Shown: positions 1 to 12,837 of the stretch, piece after piece
Layout: every line of letters starts with the position of its first letter
Numbering within the stretch: position 1 is the first letter of the stretch
Notes under the pieces: model-generated
What the model saw: the letters and a program-made list of their open reading frames with translations, nothing else
Told to the model about the DNA's origin: nothing
The model's database searches: none
NCBI RefSeq assembly: GCF_026571515.1
Contig: NW_026864517.1
Span: forward strand, 1-64,000
Source: Ruditapes philippinarum
Taxonomy: Eukaryota
Direction: 5' to 3'
DNA: 64,000 nt
Program-made: the position numbers and the translations under genes

Positions 1-160
1 AAGGGTTGTACATATAAAGGGAAGTAACGCTTTAAAAAAAAGTGGACTACTTTCGGCATTTTGCCAATTAACAGCATTAGACTCTGAAATTTCGCTACCA
101 TTATTTGTTTGGTCTGACGACCCAAACAAATAAAAACGACTACAATGGTCGAACTAAATT

Positions 161-1289
161 TAATGAGTACAATGGCCGAACGATTTTATTGCCTGTCCTA
201 TTTCGTCATTTTTTCATTGAATTATGCTTGTTTCTGGCTTCCTGTCTTTGAAATCATACAAATATGATATTTGAAAGTGAAAAGTAGAAAGAAGTATTAT
301 ATTTGAATTAGGTTTGCTTGCTATACAGTATTCTGCTTTGATAACACACGTGTACATCAGCGTAAAAGTATTTACAATACAAAAATAAAATACAAACATG
401 TACATTATATAGAATTTATTTCATCAGCAAAATATATGTTTCAATTACATACATAAAATGTCATACCATTTTGACAATTATTTTGGAAATAAAGGCAGTT
501 GCTGTTGCTGTTGTTGTTTTTTTTTATTTCAGACGCAGGAAAAAGGTGTTCCTTTAAATGAAAAGCATGTTAACGTATATCTATGGAATATATACATGTA
601 TTGTATGTTTTAAATTTTAATATTGTGCTTATAATATCGTTAAATACTTCATCACACCATATTAAGTTATTCAATATCTTTACAGGAATCGGAAATTCTG
701 ATGTGTTTATTTGCCGGCATTATGGCAAATCGTATAGAAGACGATCGGCTTCATGTCGTCACGAGCAGATAAAGTAAAGATATTGAATTACTTAATATGA
801 TGTGATGAAGTATTTAACGATAATATAAGCACAATTTTAAAATCTAATATATACATTACATGTATATATTCCATAGATATCCGTAAACATGCTTTTCATT
901 TAAAGGAACCACTTTTTCTGCGTCTGAAATACAAAAAAAGCAACCAACAAAACAAAAACAAGACTTTATTTCCAAAATAATTGACAATTTAATGTACATG
1001 TACGTAATTGAAACATATATTTTGCTGGTGAAATAAATTCTATATAATGTACATGTTTGTATTTTATTTTTGTATTGTAAATACTTTTACGCTGATGTAC
1101 ACGTGTGTTATCAAAGGCGAATACTGTTAAGATGAGAATTTAAAGCAAGCAAACTGAATTCATTTAATTTATTACTTCTTCCTACTTTTCACTTTCAAAT
1201 ATCATTTGTATGATTTCGAGAAACAAGCAGTGAAAATTTTTTTTCGAAATAGGACAGACAATAAAATCGTTCGGCCATTGTACTCATTA
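161..1289. repeat. Long foldback inverted repeat (~520-bp arms, 90-bp spacer)
   Basis: 161-683 is the reverse complement of 774-1289 with scattered mismatches and indels; for example TAATGAGTACAATGGCCGAACGATTTTATTG pairs with CAATAAAATCGTTCGGCCATTGTACTCATTA. Confidence 0.9.
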
Positions 1290-1294
1290 GGGGC

Positions 1295-1372
1295 AAGTCG
1301 CTGTTTCCTTGAGCAAGAAACTTTTCACTCATTGCTCTGCACTGGTTGGCATCAAAAACGGGTTCGAAAGAT
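1295..1372 (+). mobile_element. CORE-SINE-like fragment
   Basis: GTTTCCTTGAGCAAGAAACTTT..CTCATTGCT..ACTGGTTGG; a related fragment lies at ~44405-44495. Confidence 0.45.
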
Positions 1373-2529
1373 TGTCTATAAGCTATTTATAGCTTCCTAC
1401 ACACTCAAATTAAAATATATTCTGTATAAACCAAATTCCGCAAAAGCATTAATTACGAAAGAAAATTTGAAAGGAACAGTTTTATTTAAAAGATGATACA
1501 AAATGGATGCACTATAATATCTTGCAAACATATAGGAAAAAGTTTACACGAAGTCCGTGGCTTTCATGCATGATTGTATATGTCATTTTATTTTAATTTA
1601 CCACTTGTGTATCATCATTTTAATATTCAAATCAACTATATATCAATCCATATATGGTTTTAATGTTCCAGGATTTATAATATTGTTTTGTTTTTTCTGG
1701 GCGAAGGTCGATCTAAAATCAGTTTGACTTCCTCTAAAAGTTTTCATAGGTCATTTTAAAATTACAAAATGAAATCTGGGAATCTCATTGGCCATTCTAA
1801 AATAATCTGTAAAGGATAGTTCTTGTCATTCTAAGATAGTTCTAAACTAAAATGCAAAGGATAGTTCTTGCCATTATAAAATAAAATGTATAGGATAGTT
1901 CTAAAATAGAATGTACAAGATAGTTCTTTTAATTAATTTTCTAGATAAATTGCTCAGATATTTAAGTTCTGTTTAACAATACTTCTTGCATTCAGATATC
2001 TCATTACATTTTCTAGTAAACAGTTTATTTTACTTAAGATAAAGAACTTACTGAGTTTATTTTACATAAGATCTGAGTTTAAGATTTTGTCCATAATAAT
2101 GAGAATAACATCGGAGCTTAGTTTATGGTGTCCAAAAGTGTCTAATTATTATATGATTATCGACGTGTTCAACTGATATAATATTAATAATTTTAGTATA
2201 TTTTTGCATATTAATCAAGTATTTATAAAAATAATTGCCTACCAACTGTGTAGATGTTGGTATTAGTTGTGTTCACTTACCGAAACACGCCAGGTTCGTT
2301 TAGAAACACATACATGTACATCTTAAGGTGTTCCATTTTTCAAGATTAATAACCCTCCAATTTTCAAGATTAATAACCCTTCAAGAAATTATTATCTCAA
2401 TGTTATGCAAGCTATGTTAACATTTCTATACGCCTTTGCATGGAAAACTATAAGAACTAACATACTCGTATACAAGTTAGCCAGTTTTACTTCGGCCGTT
2501 TTTAAAAGATACTTGTTTTAAAAAAATAT

Positions 2530-3190
2530 TTTTACATTCGTTTTACACTCTTGTTGAATTCCTCATACATCTAGCCCAAAGACAAGGAAGGAATTGTTTA
2601 TACTAAAGTCGTATAAGTTTTGTTATAACACTGCACATTGTGGACAAGCCACAGTCGCCCTTGGGATGCAAGGGTTGTTAGTAATCATACCCGAGTGCAT
2701 AGACATGTACCAACCCTTACTACCATACATATCTAAATACAGAACTCGGATATGTAGGGTATTTGTGTAAAATGTACAAAATGTACATCATGTTCTATAT
2801 ATTACACAGGGTGTCCATATTTATCGTCTGTTATTCTCTCTATACAAGTTTATTCTTGAATTCAGTTTAAGTGACATGTGTATACATCAATGTGCAAATT
2901 ACATCCAGATTCCTTTAGGCAAAGATCAGTACTCATTTATTAACTTAGACGTATATACGTTTTAATACTTACAGTAAAATTCTGTAGTATACAATATAAT
3001 ACCATGAAATCATCCAAGAAAACTTAGGTGCCAATATGTGCATTATTTCTGGCACCAGTATATAGAACTTTCATATGCTAGGGTTTTAATTTTCTCACCT
3101 GAAATAAACTTTACCTTATCTGACAACAGGCAACTTACTCCGCCATCCAATTTAAACAAGCAATTATCATAGTATTGCAAGCAATCCATA
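2530..3190 (+). repeat. Low-copy segmental repeat, copy 1 (internally deleted)
   Basis: ACATTGTGGACAAGCCACAGTCGCCCTTGG and GGCAAAGATCAGTACTCATTTATT are shared with 17923 and 18911. Confidence 0.8.
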
Positions 3191-3241
3191 AGTCCCCTAC
3201 CGGTTAGAACCACAGCAACATTCTGAATTGGTCATTAAATT

Positions 3242-3386
3242 ATGTCATTGAATGAATGAATGACATGAATAAACTTACATCTTTTGAGCTCTTGTCTGTA
3301 TCTAAGTAATATGTTAAATTTCCCTAATTATGTTTATAGAACAGATAATCAAAAGATCCAATTTTCTCAGTATGAATATGTATAAC
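3242..3386 (+). repeat. Left copy of ~145-bp direct repeat flanking the LINE
   Basis: Matches 10600-10749 with about 4 substitutions and one 5-bp indel; ends exactly where the LINE 3' tail begins. Confidence 0.9.
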
Positions 3387-3728
3387 ATAATATATAATAT
3401 TATATCTTTATTTCCTCCAATACTGAAGAGTTACGTACATGTTATAATGCAAATATGATTCTATATCTACAAAGTAAGAATATATATAATTTTTTACAAA
3501 ACAGAAACACAGATAGTCAATATACTAATACGATGACTAATAAAGCATTAGCCTCCTAAACAAATGGCATGATAGTTAACAAAACATTGATCATATATGA
3601 AAGCTTACATATGGCAATGAAACATCAACATATATAAATTGACATATGACTGTCAGAAAATCATTGGCATGGATAAATAGAACAATCATTCTTAACGATT
3701 TTCTGAGATTTCTTTGGCACCGCTGATA

Positions 3729-6700
3729 TTAATACAATATTTCAGTTGAGAATTTGGCAACTGCGATAAAACATTGTATACGTATATTGTCATTAATATC
3801 AAAACTTGTGAACCCACTTAACATCTCTATAAGTTGGTTTTCAATGCTCATACCGCACAACATGCGGAAATAATTGTGTCCTAGTAAAGATATGAGTTTT
3901 GTCCATAGACTATATCTAATGTTATCATAATGTAAGCAATGAAACACTTTATGTAACGCATATTCGTATGTTACAGTCTTGCAATAGTCACAAACAACGG
4001 GATATTTTCTGTCGAAATATTTGCACATCAGTTTGAACAATGAAAAACATTGTGTTTTATAAACCGGGAAATGTCTTTGAAAAATCCATATAGAGCTGTA
4101 GTCGTAGGTGGAATGTGTATTTAAAAATAGGTTGATATCGTCATCGTGCTCTACTCTAGATTTCCAAGTACAAAGTACATGCTCGTGCACCGCATTTTTG
4201 GTTATTCTTTTCCATGCATATTTAGATGGAAAGAAACCTGTTTCTGAAAAGTCATGTAGATATGAATATAGTTTATATTTTCCAAGAACACTGATGACGT
4301 CGGGAATAAAGCCTTTAGATTTAGCAGGTCGTGCATAATATGATGTTAAACGATTAACAAAAATTTACTTAAACTTCATATAGGAATCTGCATGACATAG
4401 TTGGGACAAAAAGATAAGTTTTCTAATATCAATAAGGTTAAAAAATCGGATAAATCCCTAAACAACTGAGAGCAATGTTAGTACGAGTTCCATATGGAAC
4501 GCCTTGAATCCATTTGACGCATTGTCTATGTGCCCGTTCCAAGGGAAGTAACTGTGTCGCGGTGACACCGCTCCATAATTCACTCCCGTATAGAGCAGCT
4601 GGGAGAACTTTAGTTTCGTAGATACGCCTTGAGGTGATAGGGTTTAGTCCATTTTTCCCTATTCCACTGTTAGGTAAGCTAAAGAATGTTTTCCTAAGTT
4701 TATGGCAGCTTTCGGTTATGTTTTCGCAAAGGTTCATGTCATTTGTGCAAAGAATGTCTAGATGGGTATATGAGTTAGTTTCACTTATAATTTTATTTCC
4801 CATTTTCCATAGTCTTTTGTTGCTACATTTATCATTAAAAACGAGAACTTTGCATTTCGTTGCGTTATAAAAGTAACGTTCCTTTTTGGCATAATTGAAG
4901 CATGTATCTATAAGTTCATCGAGCCCTTTTTGACATTTGAAATGATGACCATATCATCAGCTAAGGTTGGACATGCACATACTATGTTGTGAATTTTATA
5001 GCTACTTTTACACATGTCAATCCTGTTCAGTAGCTCATTTATGAAGAGGATGTAGAATTGAGGACTACAACATTGTCCTTGACGTGTACCTTGCAGCACG
5101 GGAACCAGTCGGAGACAAATCCATTTGATTTTACACAACTGTAACAGTTTTCGAAGAACGAATTTAAATTATTTGAAACAAAGATATATCAATAACCACT
5201 TTGATACAGTTTTAGTAACAATGAAGAAATCCAAGTGTGATCGAATGCTTGTTTCGCATCTTAAAAACATGTATACATTGGAGAATTATTTTTTATGGAG
5301 TATTGTACACATTTCGCGAAGCATAAATGCTGTGATCAAACAGCTAACGTTTTTTTTTGAAAAACCACCTTGTGATGGATTTAAATGAAATGCCACCATC
5401 CATTTCTGCAATTTGTTAGAACGACCTTTTCGAATAATTTTAACAAGGCGGAACAAAGGGAGATAGCTCTGTAACTAGCTGGATCATTTGCTTTCGTTAC
5501 CTCCCTGAAATAAAACTGTTTATTATGCCTTTTTTCATATCTGTAGGTGTGTGTGAGAATTCAACATATGATTTGAAGAGTTTTGGTAATACATTTTATC
5601 GATAAATCTCCGCCACAAATGAAGTTTCTCATACAAGAGATTGTCTTGGACATAGGCTTTCCTTTTCTTGCAAGAATTAAGACGCTGTTTTTACCATATC
5701 GCTGGTGATTATGTATTTTGCATGTTGTTTGCTTCGATAAGTTACTTTTAATTGTTTCAAGTTCACCTTCTACATATGATTTGTAATCAGAATCAAAATT
5801 TTCAGTCATTATTTATAGAGTATAGTTGCGAGAAATAAGATTTCCAACCCTCGTTTACTTCCTGCGGATCTGATACAGTAATTCCATAGAAAGTCCATTT
5901 CAAAACCGGGTGTATATTTGGTTTTTGAATTATTTTTATTAACCAATCTCCAAAATTAATTGTTATATCTAATTCCGATGCTTTGTCTAGCATACATTCC
6001 TCTTTATCTAGGAAAGATAGAACGGATTGGCGATGTGTTTTCCGAAAGAGGGTCTTGGCTATTTTGAAACGTTTGTAACTTCCGGAAGTCGTGTCACGTG
6101 GCTTTCCGTCGCTTATCCATTGTGCTCGCGCTTGTGCGCAGCTTTTAGACTGTCATTCCAGTAAGGTTGGATTTACCTTAGGTATGAATAAATCTGTTGC
6201 TAGATTAACAATCACAACTATTCCAGAGTAAAGATCATCAATATCGGACATTTTTTTTTGCATCTTATTTGTTAAATGTAAAACATCACTATTTTCAAGG
6301 AAAGTCTTATAATCCTCGAGATTCTTTGATTTGACGTTGTGCCAGTTAATGACGTCTATTCGTTCTCTAGGACGTGTGCACTCAATTCTCGGAATTACAT
6401 ATTTGCACACAAGATGTCTGTGTGTAGAGACACATAGTGAATTGTCTTCTATAATTTCACATTGTATAAAGTTTTGTAATGAACATTCTGGAACAAAAAT
6501 ATGATCAATTAGTGTTTCTCTACATGAGTTGTAAGGAACATTGCTATATATACACCCTTGACACATAGATGATGTAGTTAAAGAAGTTAAATTATAATTA
6601 CTTATAATATCTAATAGTTTTAACACCTCTAGAAGTCTATAACTGTGTCAGAACTTCTTACAGACGGAAGTTCCGTATTAAAGTCACCCAAAATGATCAC

Positions 6701-7161
6701 AGTACCTTTACTGATAAATTTAGAAATGACGTTCTCTAATTCTTCGACATACGTTGAATATGACATCATAGAATGATTTTTACAAGGTAAATACACATGA
6801 ATGAGATAAACATAAGTTTCTGGAAAAGTCATAATTTGTATTCCTATATACACTGCTCCGAATTCAAGTCTAAAGATGCGATCATGTGATTTATGTCTTT
6901 TCTCCACATAAACGCTAAGCCTCCTTTTCCTACCTTTCTACGTGATAGGGTGTCCAGTGAAGGATCGGAAATTGCATAGCTAATTTAGTTAGTATTTATG
7001 GTGTCAAGAAAGGACATGTCAGCACGATGCAACCAGTGTTCTGATAGTCCGCATATATGAATATTTTGAGATATTAAAAGGTCACTTAAATAGCTAGCAC
7101 TAGACATAACGCCGTTCGCATTCCAAGTTGCAAAGTTTAATATTCGAGTTCCGGCTTCCAT
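3729..7161 (-). pseudogene. LINE ORF2 (APE endonuclease + reverse transcriptase), disrupted
   Basis: ORF-track pieces 6629-6907, 6153-6626, 5802-5993, 5561-5809, 4908-5138, 4438-4803 and 3729-4190 are collinear fragments of one EN-RT polyprotein. Confidence 0.88.
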
Positions 7162-7174
7162 GGTTACTTCAATT

Positions 7175-8400
7175 TTATTCTACATCGATATCTAGCACAT
7201 CAAATCTATTATAGTTCGTGTTGTACCTATGCCTGTTATGGCTTTTATAATCATTATGTTTGCTGTCCATAAATTGCATACTTGTGTTTGTACTTTCTAC
7301 TCTTTCTCGTTTACGATAATTATTCCCAGACACCCATGGTCGACAAATAATACCACGAGGCCAGAAGTAAGGGTCATCAGATAACATAGACGCGTTTTTG
7401 TCATTTTCAACATTTACGCGAACAACCGTAGTCCGTTTCTGCTTATTTCGGAAAATGGATATTTTGTTACTTTGGGTCCCTTTGATCTAATATAAGCTGC
7501 TACCTTCGCTTCCGTGATTTGTGCTTTAAAACCGCCAACGTAAAATCGTTTGGTGCGCATGCGTACATATTGAGAAAAATCATCAACATTCTCAGTTTGT
7601 TCACTGACCGCGTTCCAAATGGGATCACATTAAGGGTTATGTAGTACATTAATATTGTTAAAAGATCCTTCAGTATCTCGCGCAGTAGATAATTCCTGCT
7701 GTCGGTCTATTACACGACCGAGTTGATGCGTATTACAGCCGAGTTTGTTATCATTTCTTTTCACAGTTATATTGTTTTTTCTGAAACGTGGTGCAACATG
7801 TTCTTTGTGTTTTGGCTTACTTCTATCCGTTATAATACCGGTAGTATGGATCGGGTTTATGTCGGCAGGGGTTGCAACGTATGGAACATATGACATAAGT
7901 GGGGCATGCAAAGCCCGCTCTTCCGAAGCCCGAGCTTGGTATATAGGTTCATGCTTGATTGATGGTGGCATTGAGCCTATATCTGCCACTTTGCCGGATA
8001 GACCAGACTCGTTTGAAATGTTATAAACTATGCGCGTTTTAGCATTTTGAAATTTAGATGAAAGGTTAATCACCGATTCCTGTATTGATTTCAATTTTTC
8101 TTGATTCTGGTGTATATATGTTTTACACGCGCGTACATCATTCTCGATTTTGGACTCCGTCTCAATAAGGCGATTGTTGACATCGTTTGTCAATGATTTT
8201 ACACTGTTAATTTCTTTGTCTAACGTCTGAGACACTTCTTTTGCATTTTTATGTGCCGCATTCGTTGACGATTCGCTAAGCGTTAATGTCTGTTTAATCA
8301 TCACGATATCAGCTTGCAGTGCAGCGATGGTTGCCTTTAAATGGTTTAATTCTGCTCGGCATTGGCTGTGGTCATTACCGCCTGGAATTGATGGGAGAGT
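7175..8400 (-). pseudogene. LINE ORF1 remnant
   Basis: Coiled-coil ORF 7630-8304 plus a C-terminal FWPxG..RPW segment ending at 7175, 13 nt before the ORF2 ATG. Confidence 0.75.
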
Positions 8401-9056
8401 TCGTATGGTTTACGGCGTTTTTGGCGCGAGTTTCACTTATTTTTAAACCCTTAAGCAGTGAAAATTTCACAAATCCATCCATTAAAAATTTTTAAAATGC
8501 AACCAGTTTCACATTTTTATGGGTCTCCCTTCGTGCGTTACACCTTTTTTTTCATTTTCCGGCATATGGGGAAACCGTCAAAAATTTTTACAATTCGAAA
8601 GGATTCTTTGGGGGTTTTTCAAGTTTTTAGGTAGAAAATTGGGATATTTGATTTAAAGGCGGTCAATAAAAAAACGCCTGGACCAGCATTTCCTGAAATT
8701 TTTTCAATAAAACATCCGGTTTGCATTTGAAAAAGCGAGTCAGCTAATAAGTTTAACTAATAATAGAGGGGTTCGCTAAACACACTAACCGAAAACGGGC
8801 AATGGTATTGATTTGATGTGACGCCAGTCAGACGTGTTAGTTGACACACAAACGGGGATTTTTAAACTGTCACTGGCTCTAATTCCGCATAATCGGTGCT
8901 ACTCTCCATTATGTTGCTTTATGCACAAATCATAAACACTGTAGTATGAATAAGCAAGTGTATAATCCAGAAAATATTAATCCACTTAGACTACTGAATA
9001 GTGAGCGTTTGTTATATACTTGCAAGCATCAATTTTTGAAATAGAAACAAAAAAGA

Positions 9057-10090
9057 AACAAGAACTGTCGGAGGACAGTAACGCTCGACTATTCGAAAAG
9101 TTGTCAAAAGGGTGTTTCATTGAGTATAATAATGCTTACCTATATGAATACATAAAATTGTCCGAAAAGGTACAAACCCTTCAGTAGTTATGGAGATACC
9201 GTCTAACAAGCAAAAATTTACCTAGAATTTCAAAGTCAAAAAGGGGCATAATTATGTAAACAAGCAAATCTTAGATAATCACAGGGAACAAGTGTGTGAA
9301 GTTTCAATCCATTCCCTTCAGTAGTTATGGAGATACCAGCTTACATGCAAAAACTTAATCAAGAATTTCTAAGTCGAGAAAGGGGCATAATTATGTACAA
9401 AAGCAAATCAGAGTTATGGGATTTGTGCCAATCATCTTAGACAATCACAGGGAACAAGTGTGTGAAGTTTCAATCCATTCACTTCAGTAGTTATGGAGAT
9501 ACCAGCTTACATACAAAAACTAAACAAAGAATTTCTAAGTCGAGAAAGGGGCATAATTATATAAAAAAGCAAATCAGAGTTATGGGACTTGTGTCAGTCA
9601 TCTTAGATAATCACAGAGAACAAGTGTGTGAAGTTTCAATCCATTCCCTTCAGTAGTTATGGAGATACCAGCTTACACGCAAAAACTTAACAAAGAATTT
9701 CTTAGTCGAAAAAGGGGCATAATTATGTAAAAAAGCAAATCAGAGTGTTGTGACTTGTGCCAATCATCTTAGATAATCACAGGGAACAAGTGTGTGAGGT
9801 TTCAATCCAATCTCTTCAGTAGTTATGGAGATACCAGCTTACACGCAAAAACTTAACCAAGAATTTCTAAGTCAAAAAAGGGGCATAATTATGTACAAAA
9901 GCAAATCAGAGTTATGGGACTTGTGCCAATCATCTTAGATAATCACAGGAAACAAGTGTATGAAGTTTCAATCCATTCCCTTCAGTAGTTATGGAGATAC
10001 CAGCTTACATGCAAAAACTTAACCACAGGGACGCCGACAAATGGGTGACTGCATTAGCTCGATTATTCCGCGAATAGTCGAGCTAAAAAA
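9057..10090 (-). mobile_element. Non-autonomous Helentron-like element (HINE) with internal 166-bp tandem array
   Basis: Sub-terminal inverted repeats GCTCGACTATTCG (9083-9095) and CGAATAGTCGAGC (10071-10083), an adjacent IR at 10056-10068, a terminal stem-loop ACTGTC-GGAG-GACAGT (9064-9079) and A/T-run flanks. TCAGTAGTTA recurs at 9181, 9318, 9484, 9650, 9816 and 9982. Confidence 0.8.
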
Positions 10091-10599
10091 AGAAAAAGAT
10101 TACGTCTAATTGTCTCAAAAGTAAAACACAGAATTAAAGAAAAGCTCCATGAAAGAAGCTACAAGCGCGTATTTCAATCTGCGCTGCACTCAAGCGTGAC
10201 GAAGACCTCTGTCAGTAGGGGTGAGTGATCGTTTAATCTTTCCACATTATAATTGAATCTAGGCCTTAGGGCGCTGGTTAGTACGGACTTGATTTGAATT
10301 GTTAACAGTACATAAAAAGTAATTCATAATCTGCTGTTTTTATATAATACCTATTTCTTATATCGACTCCAAAATGGCTGAATAACACAAAGAGTCACTG
10401 CGCCTCAGGCACTAAATATCCATTGTTTTTTGTTTTTGTCTAATAACTTCAGTGTGAATCACTATTTAATATCCAAAATTGAGTATCGTATGGTCCTGGT
10501 ATTAATTAATTAATGTGCCAATTTCCAATGCAAGGCAATATTTAAAACAAGAAAACCCTAGCAACCATCGATTATATCACCGGTCGCAAAACGGGGTCA

Positions 10600-10749
10600 A
10601 TGTCACTGAATGAATGAATGACATGAATAAACTTACATCTTTTGAGCTCTTAGGTTGTCTGTATCTAAGTAATATGTTAAGTTTCCCTAATTATGTTTAT
10701 AGAACAGATAATCAAAAGATACAATTTTCTCAGGATGAATATGTATAAC
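10600..10749 (+). repeat. Right copy of ~145-bp direct repeat flanking the LINE
   Basis: ATGTCACTGAATGAATGAATGACATG...GAATATGTATAAC matches 3242-3386. Confidence 0.9.
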
Positions 10750-12837
10750 TGATGTTTCAACTTTTCACTATTTTAAGTAAAGTCGTTTGAAAAGTTCAAA
10801 TGTCTTTAAAAGAGATCTCGGGGAAACAGTTTTTAAAAACGGACAAACAGACCAACTGACAGAGACTCTGAGGATAAATCTTTAACATCTCTTGTTGTTA
10901 CAAGAATATAACATTTTTAAAAGCAAAATTCTTAAACGAAGAGAAGATAACTCTTGAAATAAAGATGCTAGACTTATGAACAATTTCTTACATCATTACT
11001 TTATTAATTAATTGATAACACCTACATGTATATGACTTTAATACATGAATATCTTATGATAAATATACTCGTATGATATGGATCTAATTGCAATATTTTT
11101 GCATAAACTACGGATGAAAAGTGGCTATAATTTCAACTGAAAGATATCATCACATCCATATTTAAATGTTTCATAGTAGTTAAAATTATCTCCCACTAAA
11201 ATTTAACATTGCTTATATGAAACACCTTTACATTTGATTTTCTTTTCATATAAATAAAGTTCATAAAATGCAAAATTAGAATGCAAAACACAATCAATTT
11301 CATTTCCTCATAGGAAAAATCAATGTACTAGGTAGTTAGAAACAAGTAGACCTTGTATAATATAAATTTCAAAGACCTTTATTTAAAAACGTGATATAAA
11401 ACTCCATGATAATTTGGAACGAAGCGGGATATTGTCAACATAATGAAAATATCATCCATAAATCATGTTAGATACAGTATCAAATACATGTACAACTCTA
11501 ATAAAAAATATTTACATGTGTGATTCCGCTTTACTTAAGGCAAAACCGCTTCGATTCAGTATATTGTGCCCACGAGCGTCAATACTGCGTGTATAGTTTT
11601 TGCCTGGAATATTTCGAATATCCAAAATGTAAGTATTTATTTTCTCCTTTTGAATGATTGTACATATGTAAAGTTCATAAACATATTGCAAACTTAGCAA
11701 AATGAAAGAAAGTGCATGTGTACATGTAGTTATTACATGATTCCCTACATTTTTGTTATAATTTGCTGAAATAAAACCATCTATTTCACGAAAAATGTCG
11801 AAATGAATAAATGAAATTATTTCTAGCAAGTGAAAATAGAAATAAAATCTTACATTATCTGCATGCAATTTACCAGGCAACAGATAGAATTTTAAGTTTT
11901 CATTTCCCGCACGTTATGTCTCGGAAACAAATAAAATTTTCCATCTTTAGAAAGGGCAAACATATAAGTTTTGTAATGTTTTAACATTGGTTTAAGAGCA
12001 TGTAAGATGTTTATTACCTGAAGAAAGTAGCGCTGAATGTGAAATCATTTGTCATAAAAAAAAGATGTTAACAAAATATGATACAGGTAATTGACCAATG
12101 AGTAACTTTATTGAAACTTCTCGTATAACTGGACATACAATATAAGAAGCTTTTGAGAAGTAGAAATAAAAGTATTTCTGGTTTTATTATTCCTGGGGCA
12201 TACTGGGGCTAGAATGAGAAAAATAAGCTCTATATTTCAAAAGATTGGCTTAAATTGTAATGGTTATTGGTCAGCAATTGATATTAGATATACAATTTGC
12301 CTTAAATATGAAAAAAGTCTGCCCAACTACTTTTTAATTTATAGAAATTTATGTAGGTCACGTGAACTATTGATTATTCCTGCGAGGTGGTTTATAAAAT
12401 TGAAAACAAGAAACAAAAATTATTTTGACATTTACTTGAATACTCAACATTTCCACTTGGGGGGACATAATGTCACATTTTATTCACCTTTTCGTTCATC
12501 CTTTATTCTATGCTTTTATAAAGCAAATATTTTTATTGTAAATAATTACAAAAATTTTTGGTGCGTGCGCGCACGAATGTACGTGCGTGCGCGTGTTATC
12601 TTGCATGTGTGTGTTTTTTTTTTTATAACAAGGCAACTTATATAGGCTTGCGTGCTAAAATTCTGCTAAAGCCTGTGTTGAAAGTTTATGCAATTTCTAA
12701 TTTGTTTTGTTTTGCATTAGTTTGGATTGCAGTCACAACTATTTTTATTTCTTTATTACTTTATGATGTTATCATCACCGTTGATTTTGTGCCTTATTTG
12801 TTAAAACAACTACTATGACTTACAGTTTTAATTTCAG

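Larger units (their letters stand above)
3387..10210 (-). mobile_element. Degraded near-full-length non-LTR retrotransposon (CR1/Zenon/L2-like clade)
   Basis: ORF1 remnant ~8400-7175 (coiled coil, then RRM-like RFYVGGF...FWPRGIICRPW). ORF2 runs from ATG 7161 to ~3729 with APE endonuclease motifs (TWNANG, SEHWL, GDFN, LIDHIF) and RT motifs (GTRQGQCCSPQFYILFINELL, LADDM), broken by many stops and frameshifts. The 3' end is GGAGGAAATAAAG plus an AT-rich tail ending at 3387. The 5' boundary is approximate. Confidence 0.88.

Noticed and set aside
9180-10025. CRISPR-like regular repeats (also 21000-22700)
   Set aside because: Whole units repeat with no unique spacers, there are no cas genes, and the context is eukaryotic; these are satellite arrays in HINEs.
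12214-12818. ORFs of 143 and 86 aa upstream of paralog 1
   Set aside because: AT-rich intron-like composition, a simple-repeat tract, and no counterpart in paralog 2.
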